This document shows positions 29,019-39,392 of a stretch of DNA of 64,000 nt, in pieces. The DNA is from Cyanobacteria bacterium auto_48_18. Lineage in GTDB: Bacteria; Cyanobacteriota; Vampirovibrionia; Obscuribacterales; Obscuribacteraceae. The translations under genes and the position numbers were made by a program. The first letter of the stretch is position 1; every line of letters starts with the position of its first letter. The DNA lies in the NCBI GenBank assembly GCA_036170915.1, contig JAVHQC010000032.1, positions 52,787-116,786 on the forward strand, read 5' to 3'. The notes under the pieces are model-generated. The model was not told the origin of the DNA, searched no databases, and was given only the letters and a program-made list of their open reading frames with translations.

Positions 29019-32000
29019 TTAATGACCATGATCTTCAGGATGGAGCGAGCGAGTGCCTCTTCTGGCGGTGGCTTGAATAATGCAAAATACCAGGGGCAAA
29101 AGTGTTAGAACAGATGTGGTAGACATCATCAGGCCGCCAATAACAGCGCGACCCAGAGACGCGCTTTGCCCGGTTGAAATGGCCATAGGCACCATGCCTG
29201 CAATCATAGCAATCGACGTCATCAGAATTGGCCGCATACGCATTTGTGCCGCATGCACCGCAGATTCTTCAGCACTCTTGCCCTCTTCTTCGCGAGTTTT
29301 CTCGGCAAAAACCACAAGCAAAATAGCATTGGCGATGCCCACACCAGTAGACATAATGGCACCCATGAATGATTGAATATTCAGAGTGGTGCCGGTCAAG
29401 TGCAGCATGGTCAGCACTCCCAGTAAAATTGCCGGCGTAGTAGACATCACCACAAATACAATGCGAGCGGCCTGGAAGTAGGCCAGCAACATCAGAGCAA
29501 TTACTCCTACTGCCAGCACCAGGCCGCCCAGCAGGTGATTGAAAGTGTCTTTCAGTAGAGGCACCTGACCGGTGACGTCCACAAAAACACCGGCAGGTGG
29601 TTTGCCTGCCCGCGCCACAGCACGCTTAATTTCTTCGCCCACGCTGCCAAGGTCACCACCAGAGACGTTGGCTGTGAGTGAAACCATACGCATCATGTTG
29701 TAGCGATCGAACTCACCATTGGTGACACCATAGCTGACTTTCGCCACATCAGAAATGAGCGGATGTTGTTCTCTGCGCGTTTTACTGCCAGGATAAATCT
29801 TGTCTATCTCAGAATTTTCCAGCAAGTCTTTGACGGCCATCTGGTCTTTCCGTCTGCTGCTCATAGTGGGGAACGTTTCAATGTCTTCTTTTGACCGAAT
29901 TTGATCCTGCGGCACCTGTACCTGCACCTGATAAGAAAAACCGCTTTCAGGGTCGCGCCATAGGCTCAAGTGAACGAATCTACTGGAGAAGAAAGCGGGT
30001 TGCAGTGACATACCGATTTCAGCAGGAGTAATGCCCAGCTGACCAGCGAGCTCGCGATCAATATCAATTTCGCAAGACGGATAATCTAGTGCCTGTCCCC
30101 ATTGTAAATCGCGCAGACTTTTGACTTTAGCCATCTCTTGCAAAACTTTAGCGGCAAAAATTTTATTGGCAATTAAATTGTGACCGGCAACTTGCACGCA
30201 GATTGGTGTCGGCGAACCAAGGTTCATAATCTGGCTAACAAGGTCGCCTGGCTCAAATGAATATTTAGTGTCGGGAACAGCCTTGGCCAGGCGTTTACGC
30301 AAATTGTCTTTGAAGCGCGCCATATTGATGTGCGCACTTTCTTTAAGTTGCACATCCATCACTGCCTGGTGCGGGCCACTGGTCCATAAGAAAGCTGAGC
30401 TGATGGGAAACATCGGCGGCTGCTGACCGGCGTAACCAAGGCTTTTCTCTACATTCTCAGGACCGGCTTCGGCTTTAATCAACTCAAGTGTTTTGAGGAC
30501 ACGCTGTTCCAGTGCCTCAACCCGCATACCGGTCGGCGCCGTAATTCGCATACGAAACTGGCTGCTGCCCGAATCAGGAAACAACTCTTTGCCGATGGTG
30601 CTGTAGAGCACCAGCACAAGCGTTACGCTAGCCGCTAAATAACCGCCGACCACAAGATAACGCAGGGGCATCATCACGTGCAACAAGTCAGCCAGCCGGT
30701 CTTTCATTTTGTCGACAAGATCTGGTTTATGCTCTTTTTTATCTTTGCGGCGGCCAATTTTCTCAGCGTGCTCATCATATTCTTCGTCGCCTTCACCATC
30801 TGCCACTCCTTCATGCTCATCTTTGAGCAACCAGATGGCCATAATCGGCACCAGGGTTGATGCAAGAGTGGTGGAAGCCACCATGGCAAAACCCACAGCT
30901 AGAGACAATGGAATGAACAACTCGCGTGTGATGCCCACCATAAAGAACGATGGAATAAATACTGCCACCACTGAAAGCATGGCGAGCAGTCGAGGCACCA
31001 TTGTCTCCACACAGGCCTGATAAACGGCGCGCGTTTTTTCCACACCATTGGCCAGGTGGGTGTGCATATTCTCAATGCAAACTGTGGCCTCGTCGACGAG
31101 AATGCCGATAGATAGGGCCAAACCGCTAAGAGTTTGAATGTTGATGGTTTGACCAGTGAGCCACAAACCGACGATGGCAGACATTAAGGACAGTGGAATA
31201 GTTGTGACTACAATAGCCGTGCTGCGCAGGTCGCGCAGAAAGAGCAAAATCATCAAACCCGGAAGAATTGTCCCGAGCACGCCCTCGTGAAAGACGTCGG
31301 TAATGGCCTCGCGCACATACTTGCTCTGGTCAAATTCATAGCTGATTTTGACGTCGGCGGGCAAGACAGCCTGCATGCGCGGAAGAGAGGCAGTCAGTGC
31401 GTCAACAACCGATACAGTAGACGCGTCACCCCTCTTTACAGCTGGAATGTAAACAGTGCGGCGGCCTTGATAAAGAGCGTAGCCTGCCAAAATATCTGAG
31501 GCGTCCTCAACTTTGCCTATGTCTTTGACAAAAATTTGAGGGCCGTGACCAGTGCGAATCGGCAAATAATCAAGCTGGTGAATATCAGGCAAATCGGTAT
31601 TAACTGGCGCAATGCGCAAATAATCACCGGTGCGCACGTTACCAGATGGCATGACTTTGTTGCCGGTGGCCAGCGCTTCGACAATTTCATCGCCTGAAAT
31701 GTTGTAGCGCCTCAGCTTATCGGCATCGACACTGAGTACGATAGAGCGAATATTGCCGCCAAAGGGCGGCGGCGCTTCAGCACCAGGAACGGTGGCAAGC
31801 AGTGGTCTTATTCGAGTGTAAGCTAAATCTTCGAGCTCTTTGACGCCCTTGGTCTCTGACGACAAAACCAGCTGCCCCACAGGCAAACTGCCCGCGTCAA
31901 ATCTGAGCACAAAAGGGTTATAGGTGCCGTGCGGCATGAGGCTGGTGGCACGACTGGCCATGGCGACAATGGTAGCCATAGCGCTAGCCATATCTGTGTC

Positions 32001-32291
32001 AGGCTGGAAGAATACTTTAATTACCGAGACGTTTTGAATAGTCTTCGACTCAATGTGCTCGATACCAGGTACGTAGAGAAAATACAATTCATAGGTGGAG
32101 GTGATGTAGCCCTCCATCTGCTCCGGCGACATGCCACCATAACCCTGAATAACATAAATGGCCGGAATTTTTAAATCTGGAAAAATGTCGCGCTTCATTG
32201 AACTGACAGCCAAAAACGCCACGCAGACAATGCTTATCACCGCAGCGATAATAGTAATTGGACGCCTCAGGGCAAAACTAATAATCCACAT
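29019..32291 (-). CDS. RND efflux permease (AcrB/CusA superfamily)
   Basis: Start at MWIISFALRRP (32291); DIFP.L.IP, GILVDEATV, RMRPILMTS. Confidence 0.93.
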   Translation of the reverse strand: MWIISFALRRPITIIAAVISIVCVAFLAVSSMKRDIFPDLKIPAIYVIQGYGGMSPEQMEGYITSTYELYFLYVPGIEHIESKTIQNVSVIKVFFQPDTDMASAMATIVAMASRATSLMPHGTYNPFVLRFDAGSLPVGQLVLSSETKGVKELEDLAYTRIRPLLATVPGAEAPPPFGGNIRSIVLSVDADKLRRYNISGDEIVEALATGNKVMPSGNVRTGDYLRIAPVNTDLPDIHQLDYLPIRTGHGPQIFVKDIGKVEDASDILAGYALYQGRRTVYIPAVKRGDASTVSVVDALTASLPRMQAVLPADVKISYEFDQSKYVREAITDVFHEGVLGTILPGLMILLFLRDLRSTAIVVTTIPLSLMSAIVGLWLTGQTINIQTLSGLALSIGILVDEATVCIENMHTHLANGVEKTRAVYQACVETMVPRLLAMLSVVAVFIPSFFMVGITRELFIPLSLAVGFAMVASTTLASTLVPIMAIWLLKDEHEGVADGEGDEEYDEHAEKIGRRKDKKEHKPDLVDKMKDRLADLLHVMMPLRYLVVGGYLAASVTLVLVLYSTIGKELFPDSGSSQFRMRITAPTGMRVEALEQRVLKTLELIKAEAGPENVEKSLGYAGQQPPMFPISSAFLWTSGPHQAVMDVQLKESAHINMARFKDNLRKRLAKAVPDTKYSFEPGDLVSQIMNLGSPTPICVQVAGHNLIANKIFAAKVLQEMAKVKSLRDLQWGQALDYPSCEIDIDRELAGQLGITPAEIGMSLQPAFFSSRFVHLSLWRDPESGFSYQVQVQVPQDQIRSKEDIETFPTMSSRRKDQMAVKDLLENSEIDKIYPGSKTRREQHPLISDVAKVSYGVTNGEFDRYNMMRMVSLTANVSGGDLGSVGEEIKRAVARAGKPPAGVFVDVTGQVPLLKDTFNHLLGGLVLAVGVIALMLLAYFQAARIVFVVMSTTPAILLGVLTMLHLTGTTLNIQSFMGAIMSTGVGIANAILLVVFAEKTREEEGKSAEESAVHAAQMRMRPILMTSIAMIAGMVPMAISTGQSASLGRAVIGGLMMSTTSVLTLLPLVFCIIQATARRGTRSLHPEDHGH

Positions 32292-32295
32292 ACTA

Positions 32296-33795
32296 TTACC
32301 TGGTTTTCCCCGACTTGCCTTCGACGATATCGACAATTTCAAGGAAAGGTTTTAAATCACCCTGGGCGTAAGATAAAAGTAAAATCGCTCGCCATACTTC
32401 AACCTGCGCCACTGCGTCTTCCACTTCTGCCTCAGCCAGCGCCTTTTCAGCTTGCGCCAGGCTAACCATATCAGTCAGACCTGTGCTGTACCGTTTACTA
32501 ACTTTGAGTTCTCGCACTTTAGCCGCTTCAACAAGAGCAGGAGTTTCGTCAGCTACTTTGCGCGCCTGCCTGAGCATGACGCGGGCTCGTGCATCTTTCT
32601 TTTCTAGAATTTGCATGGCCAGGTCTAAATCAGCTCTGGCCGCCATTTCGTTGTTAACGGCAATGCGCTTCTGGGCCTTTAATGGAAAATATTCCATCAC
32701 TGGAAAACTAAAGGAAGCGCCCACCATATAATTAAACACTTGAGGCAATGCGCCACCACCCACGGGGCGAATCGGATTAACTCCATCGCTGCTGCCTTTG
32801 CCCCAGACCGACGAGTTAAACCACAAGTGTGGTCTGTAGGCTTTATCAAGCACTATTTTCTTTGCTTGCCATCTTTGAATTTCAGCCGACTTGAGTAAAG
32901 CCAGTGGGTGCGACGAAAGATCAATCGGTCGCATTGCTTGAATTTGAGAAGGGCTGCGCACCAGCGGATTGGAAACAATATCAATATCAGTGGTGGCGGT
33001 GCCCATTTTTTCGGCCAGAGCGACCAGTGCCAATTGCGCATTCTTCTCAGATTTAATTACGTTGATTCTGGCTTTTGCTACTTCGTAATCCCAATCAGCT
33101 GCTTCCACACCCGGTTTTAAACCTTCAGCAACAAGTGTTTTGGCTCGCACATTAGCGGCTTTCATATGCGATAACGCAGCTTCTGTGGCGTAAATTATTT
33201 GCTTGGCGGCCACTGCTTCAAGAAAGGCTTCAGCAGCATCATATGCAACATCTAACTGAGTGAGGTTGACGTCGGCACGCGCAGTGCGAGCGTCTGCATA
33301 AGCAAAATTATCGTTGGCGTGGCGCAGGCCAAAATCAACCAGCAGCCAGTTTAAGTTGACACCTTGAAGGTTGTTGACCAGTGGACGCATACTCGATCTT
33401 TGTGACACCGGCCCCGAATCAATTGGCACTGTGTCAAAACCAGACACGTTGTTCATAACCGTGCTGGCCACGCGGTTGCCGGTGATAGCAGACTCTTGAA
33501 TATCGATATTGAGGTTGGGCAAATATTGAGTCTTAGCCAGGGTGACATTGGCCATGGATGCCTTAAGTTTGAATCTTTTTGAAGCTATGCTTGGATAGTT
33601 GCGCACCGCCACATCAACAGCTTCACGAATGGTGATGGCCGATGTCGGACGAATGGGCTGAAATTGAAAATCAATCACGGCAGTTTCGCGGCCGGCGGCC
33701 CAGGCCGCGTTAATACAAAACAACAGGCAAAAAAATGCCAGTGAAATGCAGGTGATTTTCTCGATTACCAGGCTGTTTCTAATCAAAGCTTCCAT
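32296..33795 (-). CDS. TolC family outer membrane efflux protein
   Basis: Signal peptide, EAV..A.RNYP, YLPNL, LNW.L.DFG, RYSTGL helical repeats; first gene of the TolC-RND-MFP operon. Confidence 0.88.
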   Translation of the reverse strand: MEALIRNSLVIEKITCISLAFFCLLFCINAAWAAGRETAVIDFQFQPIRPTSAITIREAVDVAVRNYPSIASKRFKLKASMANVTLAKTQYLPNLNIDIQESAITGNRVASTVMNNVSGFDTVPIDSGPVSQRSSMRPLVNNLQGVNLNWLLVDFGLRHANDNFAYADARTARADVNLTQLDVAYDAAEAFLEAVAAKQIIYATEAALSHMKAANVRAKTLVAEGLKPGVEAADWDYEVAKARINVIKSEKNAQLALVALAEKMGTATTDIDIVSNPLVRSPSQIQAMRPIDLSSHPLALLKSAEIQRWQAKKIVLDKAYRPHLWFNSSVWGKGSSDGVNPIRPVGGGALPQVFNYMVGASFSFPVMEYFPLKAQKRIAVNNEMAARADLDLAMQILEKKDARARVMLRQARKVADETPALVEAAKVRELKVSKRYSTGLTDMVSLAQAEKALAEAEVEDAVAQVEVWRAILLLSYAQGDLKPFLEIVDIVEGKSGKTR

Positions 33796-33916
33796 CGAAT
33801 AAAATTCGCTTTGCCTGCGAAAAAATACAATTAGCCGCAGTCAAAACACTTGACAGGGCCGTGTAAACTGCGAACGTTCTATTCGCAGAAAGAAGTGATA
33901 ACCTGGCAATTATATA

Positions 33917-34684
33917 ATGCTCGAGCTGGTGCCTTATTTGTCAAAACTCTTTGTCTTATTAATCTTATCTGGCTTATTCGCCGCGTCAGGGGCTGGATTT
34001 TCAGCGCCGGCACTGGCACAGAATCAAGATGCTGTAGGCAAAATGTTTGGCGAATTTGACGGCCAAGCTTTTCGCAATTCGTTTTTCTCGCAACATGGGC
34101 GGCCAGACCAGCCTGGCGACGACGAACTTGAGTACGAAGAGCTGAGTAAAAGACGCCTCGAAAGACAGGAGAGAAAAGAGGCAGACGAAATAAATGAAGA
34201 AAAAGATAAGTTAAAAAGACAAGCGCGTTTGAAAGCTATTTCTGATGGCGATTCGCTGCTTTTAGACCATAAATATGTCACGCCACTTTTTGAAAAAGAC
34301 TTCCGCATAAGAGTGTTGCCGCCCGATTTATTCTCCGACGATAGACCACAGTCTGTTTTTGGCTTTGCACAATTAGACTCGCATGACGACGACGACAGTG
34401 ACAAAGGCGACACCTTAGATGACTGGAAGAAAGTACGACGGGCGAGTCCTGGACTCTTCCCCCGGGCCCGTGAGCTCGACGAAAGAGACGACCTCAAACG
34501 CCGAGATCTGGCCAAACTGGCTGGTCCAGTGCGTGAAGTGACCGGTGATTGGGTGCCAAGCAAGTTGGATCCTCTTTCAAACGGCGGCTTCACCATCGCA
34601 CCTGACAACGGCTCACCTGTGCCGTATAAGTTAAATGGTCACGTCGACATTCAAAGGGGCCGCCCCTGGAATGATAATGACTGA
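33917..34684 (+). CDS. Secreted hypothetical protein, charged
   Basis: Signal peptide ending PALA; D/E/R/K-rich body. Confidence 0.65.
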   Translation: MLELVPYLSKLFVLLILSGLFAASGAGFSAPALAQNQDAVGKMFGEFDGQAFRNSFFSQHGRPDQPGDDELEYEELSKRRLERQERKEADEINEEKDKLKRQARLKAISDGDSLLLDHKYVTPLFEKDFRIRVLPPDLFSDDRPQSVFGFAQLDSHDDDDSDKGDTLDDWKKVRRASPGLFPRARELDERDDLKRRDLAKLAGPVREVTGDWVPSKLDPLSNGGFTIAPDNGSPVPYKLNGHVDIQRGRPWNDND

Positions 34685-34699
34685 CAAGTCAGTCGCCAG

Positions 34700-36235
34700 C
34701 TATTTGTAAGTCTGCAGCAATTGCGCCGACAAGGCATCAGCCAGAATGCTCTTAGCTAGAGCCTGCATTCTGTTAGCTTCTTCAACTTTTCCACTGCTGC
34801 GCATCACCTGCAAATAGTCTTGCAAGCACGCAGCAACAAAAACACTTCTGCTGCCGGTGGCATCGTCGGTGCTGGCCAGAGCCCAGGCGTAAGCGGCTCT
34901 GGCATCTTCAAGCTTGCCCTGACAGTAAGACATGAAGGCAAGCTCGTTTAAACGCTGTGCTACTTCAAAAGTTTGAGCTTGCAGTGGAATCTTTGCCGCA
35001 TCGGTAACCAGTGGCGATGCACCACTAGTAGTATCAGCGTTATCGCTAATCAGACGCAAGAGAATTTTCAAATGCTTGATGGAAAGATCGTCGGCGGAAT
35101 AAACTGATTGATAGATGGAAACTGCGCGCTCAAGCAAGGGCCTAGCTTCAGCATAACGGTGTTGTGAGACATAAATCGCTGCCAGACCTTTTAAATCCCG
35201 AGCCACACTAGGATGATTCGGCCCTAGAGTTTTTGTGTCAATGGCGACCATGCGCTCGTAATAATCGATGCCCTCTCCAGGTGCAGCCGATGAAGATGAT
35301 GACCCTGGTGATGACGAATCTACTTTTTCTGACGGCCCCAGAGATGCCAGAAGCTGTGCTGCTGTGGTAAACGTTTCAAAATTGTTGGGCGGTAGAGAAT
35401 TATCTGGGGGAGAAATTCTTTCTAAAGCAGGTGAAGCACCGGCGTTTTGAATGTCACCACTTGCTGTCAAACGCGTTTGCATAGCCTGCTGCCAGGCTGA
35501 TTGAGGCACGGCTCGGGTACGACCTAATAACTGCACTTCGTCTTTAAGCAATTCTTGCTCAAATTTTGAAGCAAGAATTTTAGAGGGCCCATTATACTTG
35601 TGCATCAAATCGAGATAATCGCTTAAAAGCTCAAGCGCCACATCTCGAGATGGCAAATCTTTCTGACCCATCAAAATTGCAAGCGCGCTGCGATAATGCT
35701 CTTCAGCCTCTTTAGCTAAACCCTGGTGAAATTGAGCATGACCCAGCTTGTGCAGAGCAGTTGCCAGCTCCATACTATTCGCGCCTGATTTAGCGTGAGC
35801 AATCGCCTCCGCACGGGCGTAGAACACCCCGGCCTTTTTATATTCACCCTCAATTTCAGTGACACTACCCATGGTGATCAGAACAGGCAGTAACTTAACA
35901 CTTTCCTTTCCATACTGCCGCTCCAGAATCTTCAAAGCTTTTCTATAAAGCGACCAAGATTCTTCTTTGTAATTTTCCAACTGCAACAAATCAGCCAGCG
36001 CGAGTGTGCAGAGCACGAGCTCATCTTCAGTGTGTGCAGAGCGTTTCACCTCTCGAAGAGCTTGCCTGAAAGATACTTCAGCAGCTGTGTACGACTTTGA
36101 GAGAAGCTGGTTTTGGCCCTGGTCATAAAATGTGTGCCAATAATCAGTCGATGCCGCAACAGCAACTAATGGCAGCAATGTCAGACAACAGGCAGCGCTA
36201 AACTTCTGAACGAAATTAAGGCGCACTTTTGGCAT
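34700..36235 (-). CDS. Secreted TPR repeat protein (paralog of 25662-27140)
   Basis: Signal peptide; TPRs GPNHPSVARDL and LNELAF..Y.QGKL; start approximate. Confidence 0.82.
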   Translation of the reverse strand: MPKVRLNFVQKFSAACCLTLLPLVAVAASTDYWHTFYDQGQNQLLSKSYTAAEVSFRQALREVKRSAHTEDELVLCTLALADLLQLENYKEESWSLYRKALKILERQYGKESVKLLPVLITMGSVTEIEGEYKKAGVFYARAEAIAHAKSGANSMELATALHKLGHAQFHQGLAKEAEEHYRSALAILMGQKDLPSRDVALELLSDYLDLMHKYNGPSKILASKFEQELLKDEVQLLGRTRAVPQSAWQQAMQTRLTASGDIQNAGASPALERISPPDNSLPPNNFETFTTAAQLLASLGPSEKVDSSSPGSSSSSAAPGEGIDYYERMVAIDTKTLGPNHPSVARDLKGLAAIYVSQHRYAEARPLLERAVSIYQSVYSADDLSIKHLKILLRLISDNADTTSGASPLVTDAAKIPLQAQTFEVAQRLNELAFMSYCQGKLEDARAAYAWALASTDDATGSRSVFVAACLQDYLQVMRSSGKVEEANRMQALAKSILADALSAQLLQTYK

Positions 36236-37799
36236 TCTCAATTTTTCGAGCCCTGAGATCGAGTAACTTGGCTTCATCTGCCCTGTTCAATGCGCGCAAC
36301 AGAATTGCGTAGTTACGCAATACCGCGCCCACGCTGTCATCATCCGGACCAAAAGTTTTCTCGCGAATCGCCAATGCCTTTTTATAAAGCGGCTCAGCTT
36401 CGGCGTAACGTTTCTGATCCCGGTATATGCGGGCCAAATTATTGAGTGCTGTGGCTAAATCAGCTGAATCAGGTGCTGTTTCCCGAATGCGCACGGCGTC
36501 TTGGAAGTAAGTTAATGCTTGGGCTGATTTACCCTGCTGTTTGTAGAGAATAGCGAGATCTGTTGTGGTGGTGGCCACCGCCGGATTATCTTTACCAAGG
36601 GTAGTCTTGCGAATATCGAGAGCACGAAGCAAAAGGGGTTCGGCCTGCTCAAACTTTTCTTGCTCGCGATAGACTTCTTCTAAGTTTGTCAGCGCCACCG
36701 CCACATCTGGACCATTGGCACCTTGCGCTTTTTCATACAAAGCCAGCGACTCTTTGAAAAGTTTTTCGGCCTCTTCAAACTTTCCTTGCGGCATTAGCGA
36801 CAGCGCAAGATTTTGCATGCGCAAAGCCAGAACAACTGGTTTAGCACCATCCGTGGTTCTAGCGATTGTGAGAGCTTTGCGATATTGCTCTTCGGCTCCA
36901 AGATAATCCCCAGACTCTTTGTTAACCATGGCCAGATTATCCATGGCAATGATTACATCACCGGGCTTGGTATTTTTGTCTTTCGACAATTCAGATACTG
37001 CTTGCTTTAAAAGCGGCTCAGCCTTGTCGAATTGACCCTTTTCTCGATAAGTGCGGGCCAAATTACTTAATGCAGCTGCTTTGTTATGGGCCGCATTCTC
37101 GGTATTTCCGCTACTCTCGCCTGCTAGCTCGGCCACCTGTTTGTAAATCGCTTCAGCTTCTGCTGTTTTGCCTTGCTTGCGCAGAGTCACTGCCAGATTG
37201 TTCATGGCGACAGTCTGTCCATCTTTATTATTGGCCTGTTGCATCAGCGCGACCACACGCTTCAACGCGCTCTCAGCCTCGACAAACTGAGCTTTGTCAG
37301 TAAACAACGAAGCTATGCCGGTAAGAAAAGGGGCAAGACGGGGATCGCTCTGTCCGGATTTCTTTTCAATGATAGCGATGGCTCGCTCGTACTGTACTTG
37401 AGCCTGATCAAATTTACCTTCCCTGCGGTAAAGTGCGGCTAGATTGCCGAGACTCGACGTAAAGCTGACATCCTCTTTATCTACTAGTTTTTCCTTTATG
37501 GCCAGGGCTCGAATCAAGTATGTTTCGGCTTCGGCTAGCTTACCCTGGGCTTCATACACCAGAGCGAGATCGTTATAAGTCTTGGCTAAATACTTGTCTT
37601 CCAGCTTAGAGCTCTGGCACTCTGCGGCAGCTTCGTTGTAAAGCTTAATGGCATCTTCATACTCTTTGCCACGGGCAGCTTCCTGGGCCTTATTTAAAAG
37701 CTTTTCCCAATCGGCGGCGCCAGCTTGAGCCGGCAGACAGCTGCTTGCAAAAACGGCTAAAACGCCCAAAACAGCAATAGAAATTTTACGGCCGCGCAC
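36216..37799 (-). CDS. Secreted TPR repeat protein
   Basis: GAGGAG SD, GTG start, signal peptide AQA, more than 10 regular TPRs (NNLA..Y..QG.Y.EAEPLY..AL.IRE). Confidence 0.9.
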   Translation of the reverse strand: MRGRKISIAVLGVLAVFASSCLPAQAGAADWEKLLNKAQEAARGKEYEDAIKLYNEAAAECQSSKLEDKYLAKTYNDLALVYEAQGKLAEAETYLIRALAIKEKLVDKEDVSFTSSLGNLAALYRREGKFDQAQVQYERAIAIIEKKSGQSDPRLAPFLTGIASLFTDKAQFVEAESALKRVVALMQQANNKDGQTVAMNNLAVTLRKQGKTAEAEAIYKQVAELAGESSGNTENAAHNKAAALSNLARTYREKGQFDKAEPLLKQAVSELSKDKNTKPGDVIIAMDNLAMVNKESGDYLGAEEQYRKALTIARTTDGAKPVVLALRMQNLALSLMPQGKFEEAEKLFKESLALYEKAQGANGPDVAVALTNLEEVYREQEKFEQAEPLLLRALDIRKTTLGKDNPAVATTTTDLAILYKQQGKSAQALTYFQDAVRIRETAPDSADLATALNNLARIYRDQKRYAEAEPLYKKALAIREKTFGPDDDSVGAVLRNYAILLRALNRADEAKLLDLRARKIENAKSAP

Positions 37800-37916
37800 A
37801 GATTGCTCCTCATCAATTGTGACTACTATAGCAGCGCTGCACTTCCAAAATATCTACAAACTTTTATCTAAAAAAGCTATTTGGCACTATGGGCAGTACC
37901 ATTTAACAAAACCGCT

Positions 37917-38726
37917 CTAACGCAACAAAACGGTGCGCACTAATCTAAATACGGCACGATCCGGCAACAATTTTCTTAACGACAACATGGCTTCAGCATT
38001 GATCGGATAACGCATACGAGAAGAGTTATCAGTGGCCGCCTCCCACACAGTATAAGCCACTCCATTGGGGCCGGGTGCGTTATGCCCTTCTTTTTGCATG
38101 TGGGGCAAAGCACGGGCCACAAATGTGTCGTACGCTGCCAGCCCTTCTTTGGTTACCATATCTTGACTGCGGTCGTAAAACGGGGTTCTAATTGGGCCCG
38201 GCTCAATCAGCTTGACTTTGATATTAAATTGGCGCAATTCATACTGCAACGACTCCGAAAAACCCTCAACAGCAAACTTTGTAGCGTGATAAACGCTGTA
38301 AAGAGGAAAAGTAATTCGACCGCCTACAGATGACATATTAATGATTGTGCCAGAGCGGTTTTCTCGCATATGCGGCAAAATTTCACGGGTTACATTCATT
38401 AAGCCAAAAACATTAGTATCGAACTGCCGCTGTACCTTCTCAGGAGTCGTGGCCTCAAAAGCGCCAACCATGCCGTATCCGGCGTTGTTCACCACCGCGT
38501 CAATCACCGAGTGTCGAGTCAGTCCTTCTGCAATGGCCGACCTAATCGAATCGAGGTCTGTGACGTCAAGACGTAAAATCGAGACGCCTGGCAAAGTGGC
38601 CAGATCGCCTGCCTTTTCTGGCGAGCGCATAGTAGCCAGCACATTCCATTTTTTTCGCGAAAAGAGCCGCACGGTTGCTTCGCCAATGCCGCTTGATGCG
38701 CCAGTTACAAGGATAGTTTTAGCCAT
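37917..38726 (-). CDS. Short-chain dehydrogenase/reductase
   Basis: TGASSGIG, NNAG, YHATK (YxxxK). Confidence 0.95.
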   Translation of the reverse strand: MAKTILVTGASSGIGEATVRLFSRKKWNVLATMRSPEKAGDLATLPGVSILRLDVTDLDSIRSAIAEGLTRHSVIDAVVNNAGYGMVGAFEATTPEKVQRQFDTNVFGLMNVTREILPHMRENRSGTIINMSSVGGRITFPLYSVYHATKFAVEGFSESLQYELRQFNIKVKLIEPGPIRTPFYDRSQDMVTKEGLAAYDTFVARALPHMQKEGHNAPGPNGVAYTVWEAATDNSSRMRYPINAEAMLSLRKLLPDRAVFRLVRTVLLR

Positions 38727-38902
38727 TTGTCCGCCTACGTTGTTATCACCACAATATCAAGGACTCCGCTCCCTTGTGAAAGCTCCAATCAATTGCAATC
38801 CATTCCATTAAATTACTGCCCAATGACATAGCAAAAATTAGCATATGTTATCTTTTCAACGACGCGAAGTAGCCGAAGTGCTGCAACCGAACTGGAGGAA
38901 AA

Positions 38903-39391
38903 ATGACTGAAACGAAAGCTGGCGAAGCCGAAATGCTAATCAAACCTGACAAATTTGACCGCGGCAATCATTATAAGGCCGTCCACTGCGGATCGTTTGC
39001 AGAACTGGCGCAATACGAAATGAAACATCCACGTTTTGGCGTGGTCAAACCAGGCAAAGTTTTTCTGCAAGAGCTGGTGAACAGCACCGGTATGGAAGTG
39101 TCTATTAACACTATGCCTCCCGGTAAAGAAGTGCCGTTCAGCCACGCTCACAAAACTAACGAAGAAATGTATATTTTCATCAGCGGTGAAGGCCAAATGG
39201 CTATTGACGGCGAAGTTTTGGTCGTTTCAGAAGGCACCTGCGTACGCCTGGCGCCAGCCGCCGCCCGCTGCGTTAAAAATAGTGGAAGCGAAAATCTTTG
39301 CTTTATCGTTATTCAAGCTAAAGAAAATTCGCTGGGTAAACACACTTTCGATGACGGTATCGAAGTACAGCAAACACTGCGGTGGAAATAA
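38903..39391 (+). CDS. Cupin domain protein
   Basis: GGAGG SD; PF.HAH..NEE.Y.F.SG.G cupin motif. Confidence 0.88.
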   Translation: MTETKAGEAEMLIKPDKFDRGNHYKAVHCGSFAELAQYEMKHPRFGVVKPGKVFLQELVNSTGMEVSINTMPPGKEVPFSHAHKTNEEMYIFISGEGQMAIDGEVLVVSEGTCVRLAPAAARCVKNSGSENLCFIVIQAKENSLGKHTFDDGIEVQQTLRWK

Positions 39392-39392
39392 A

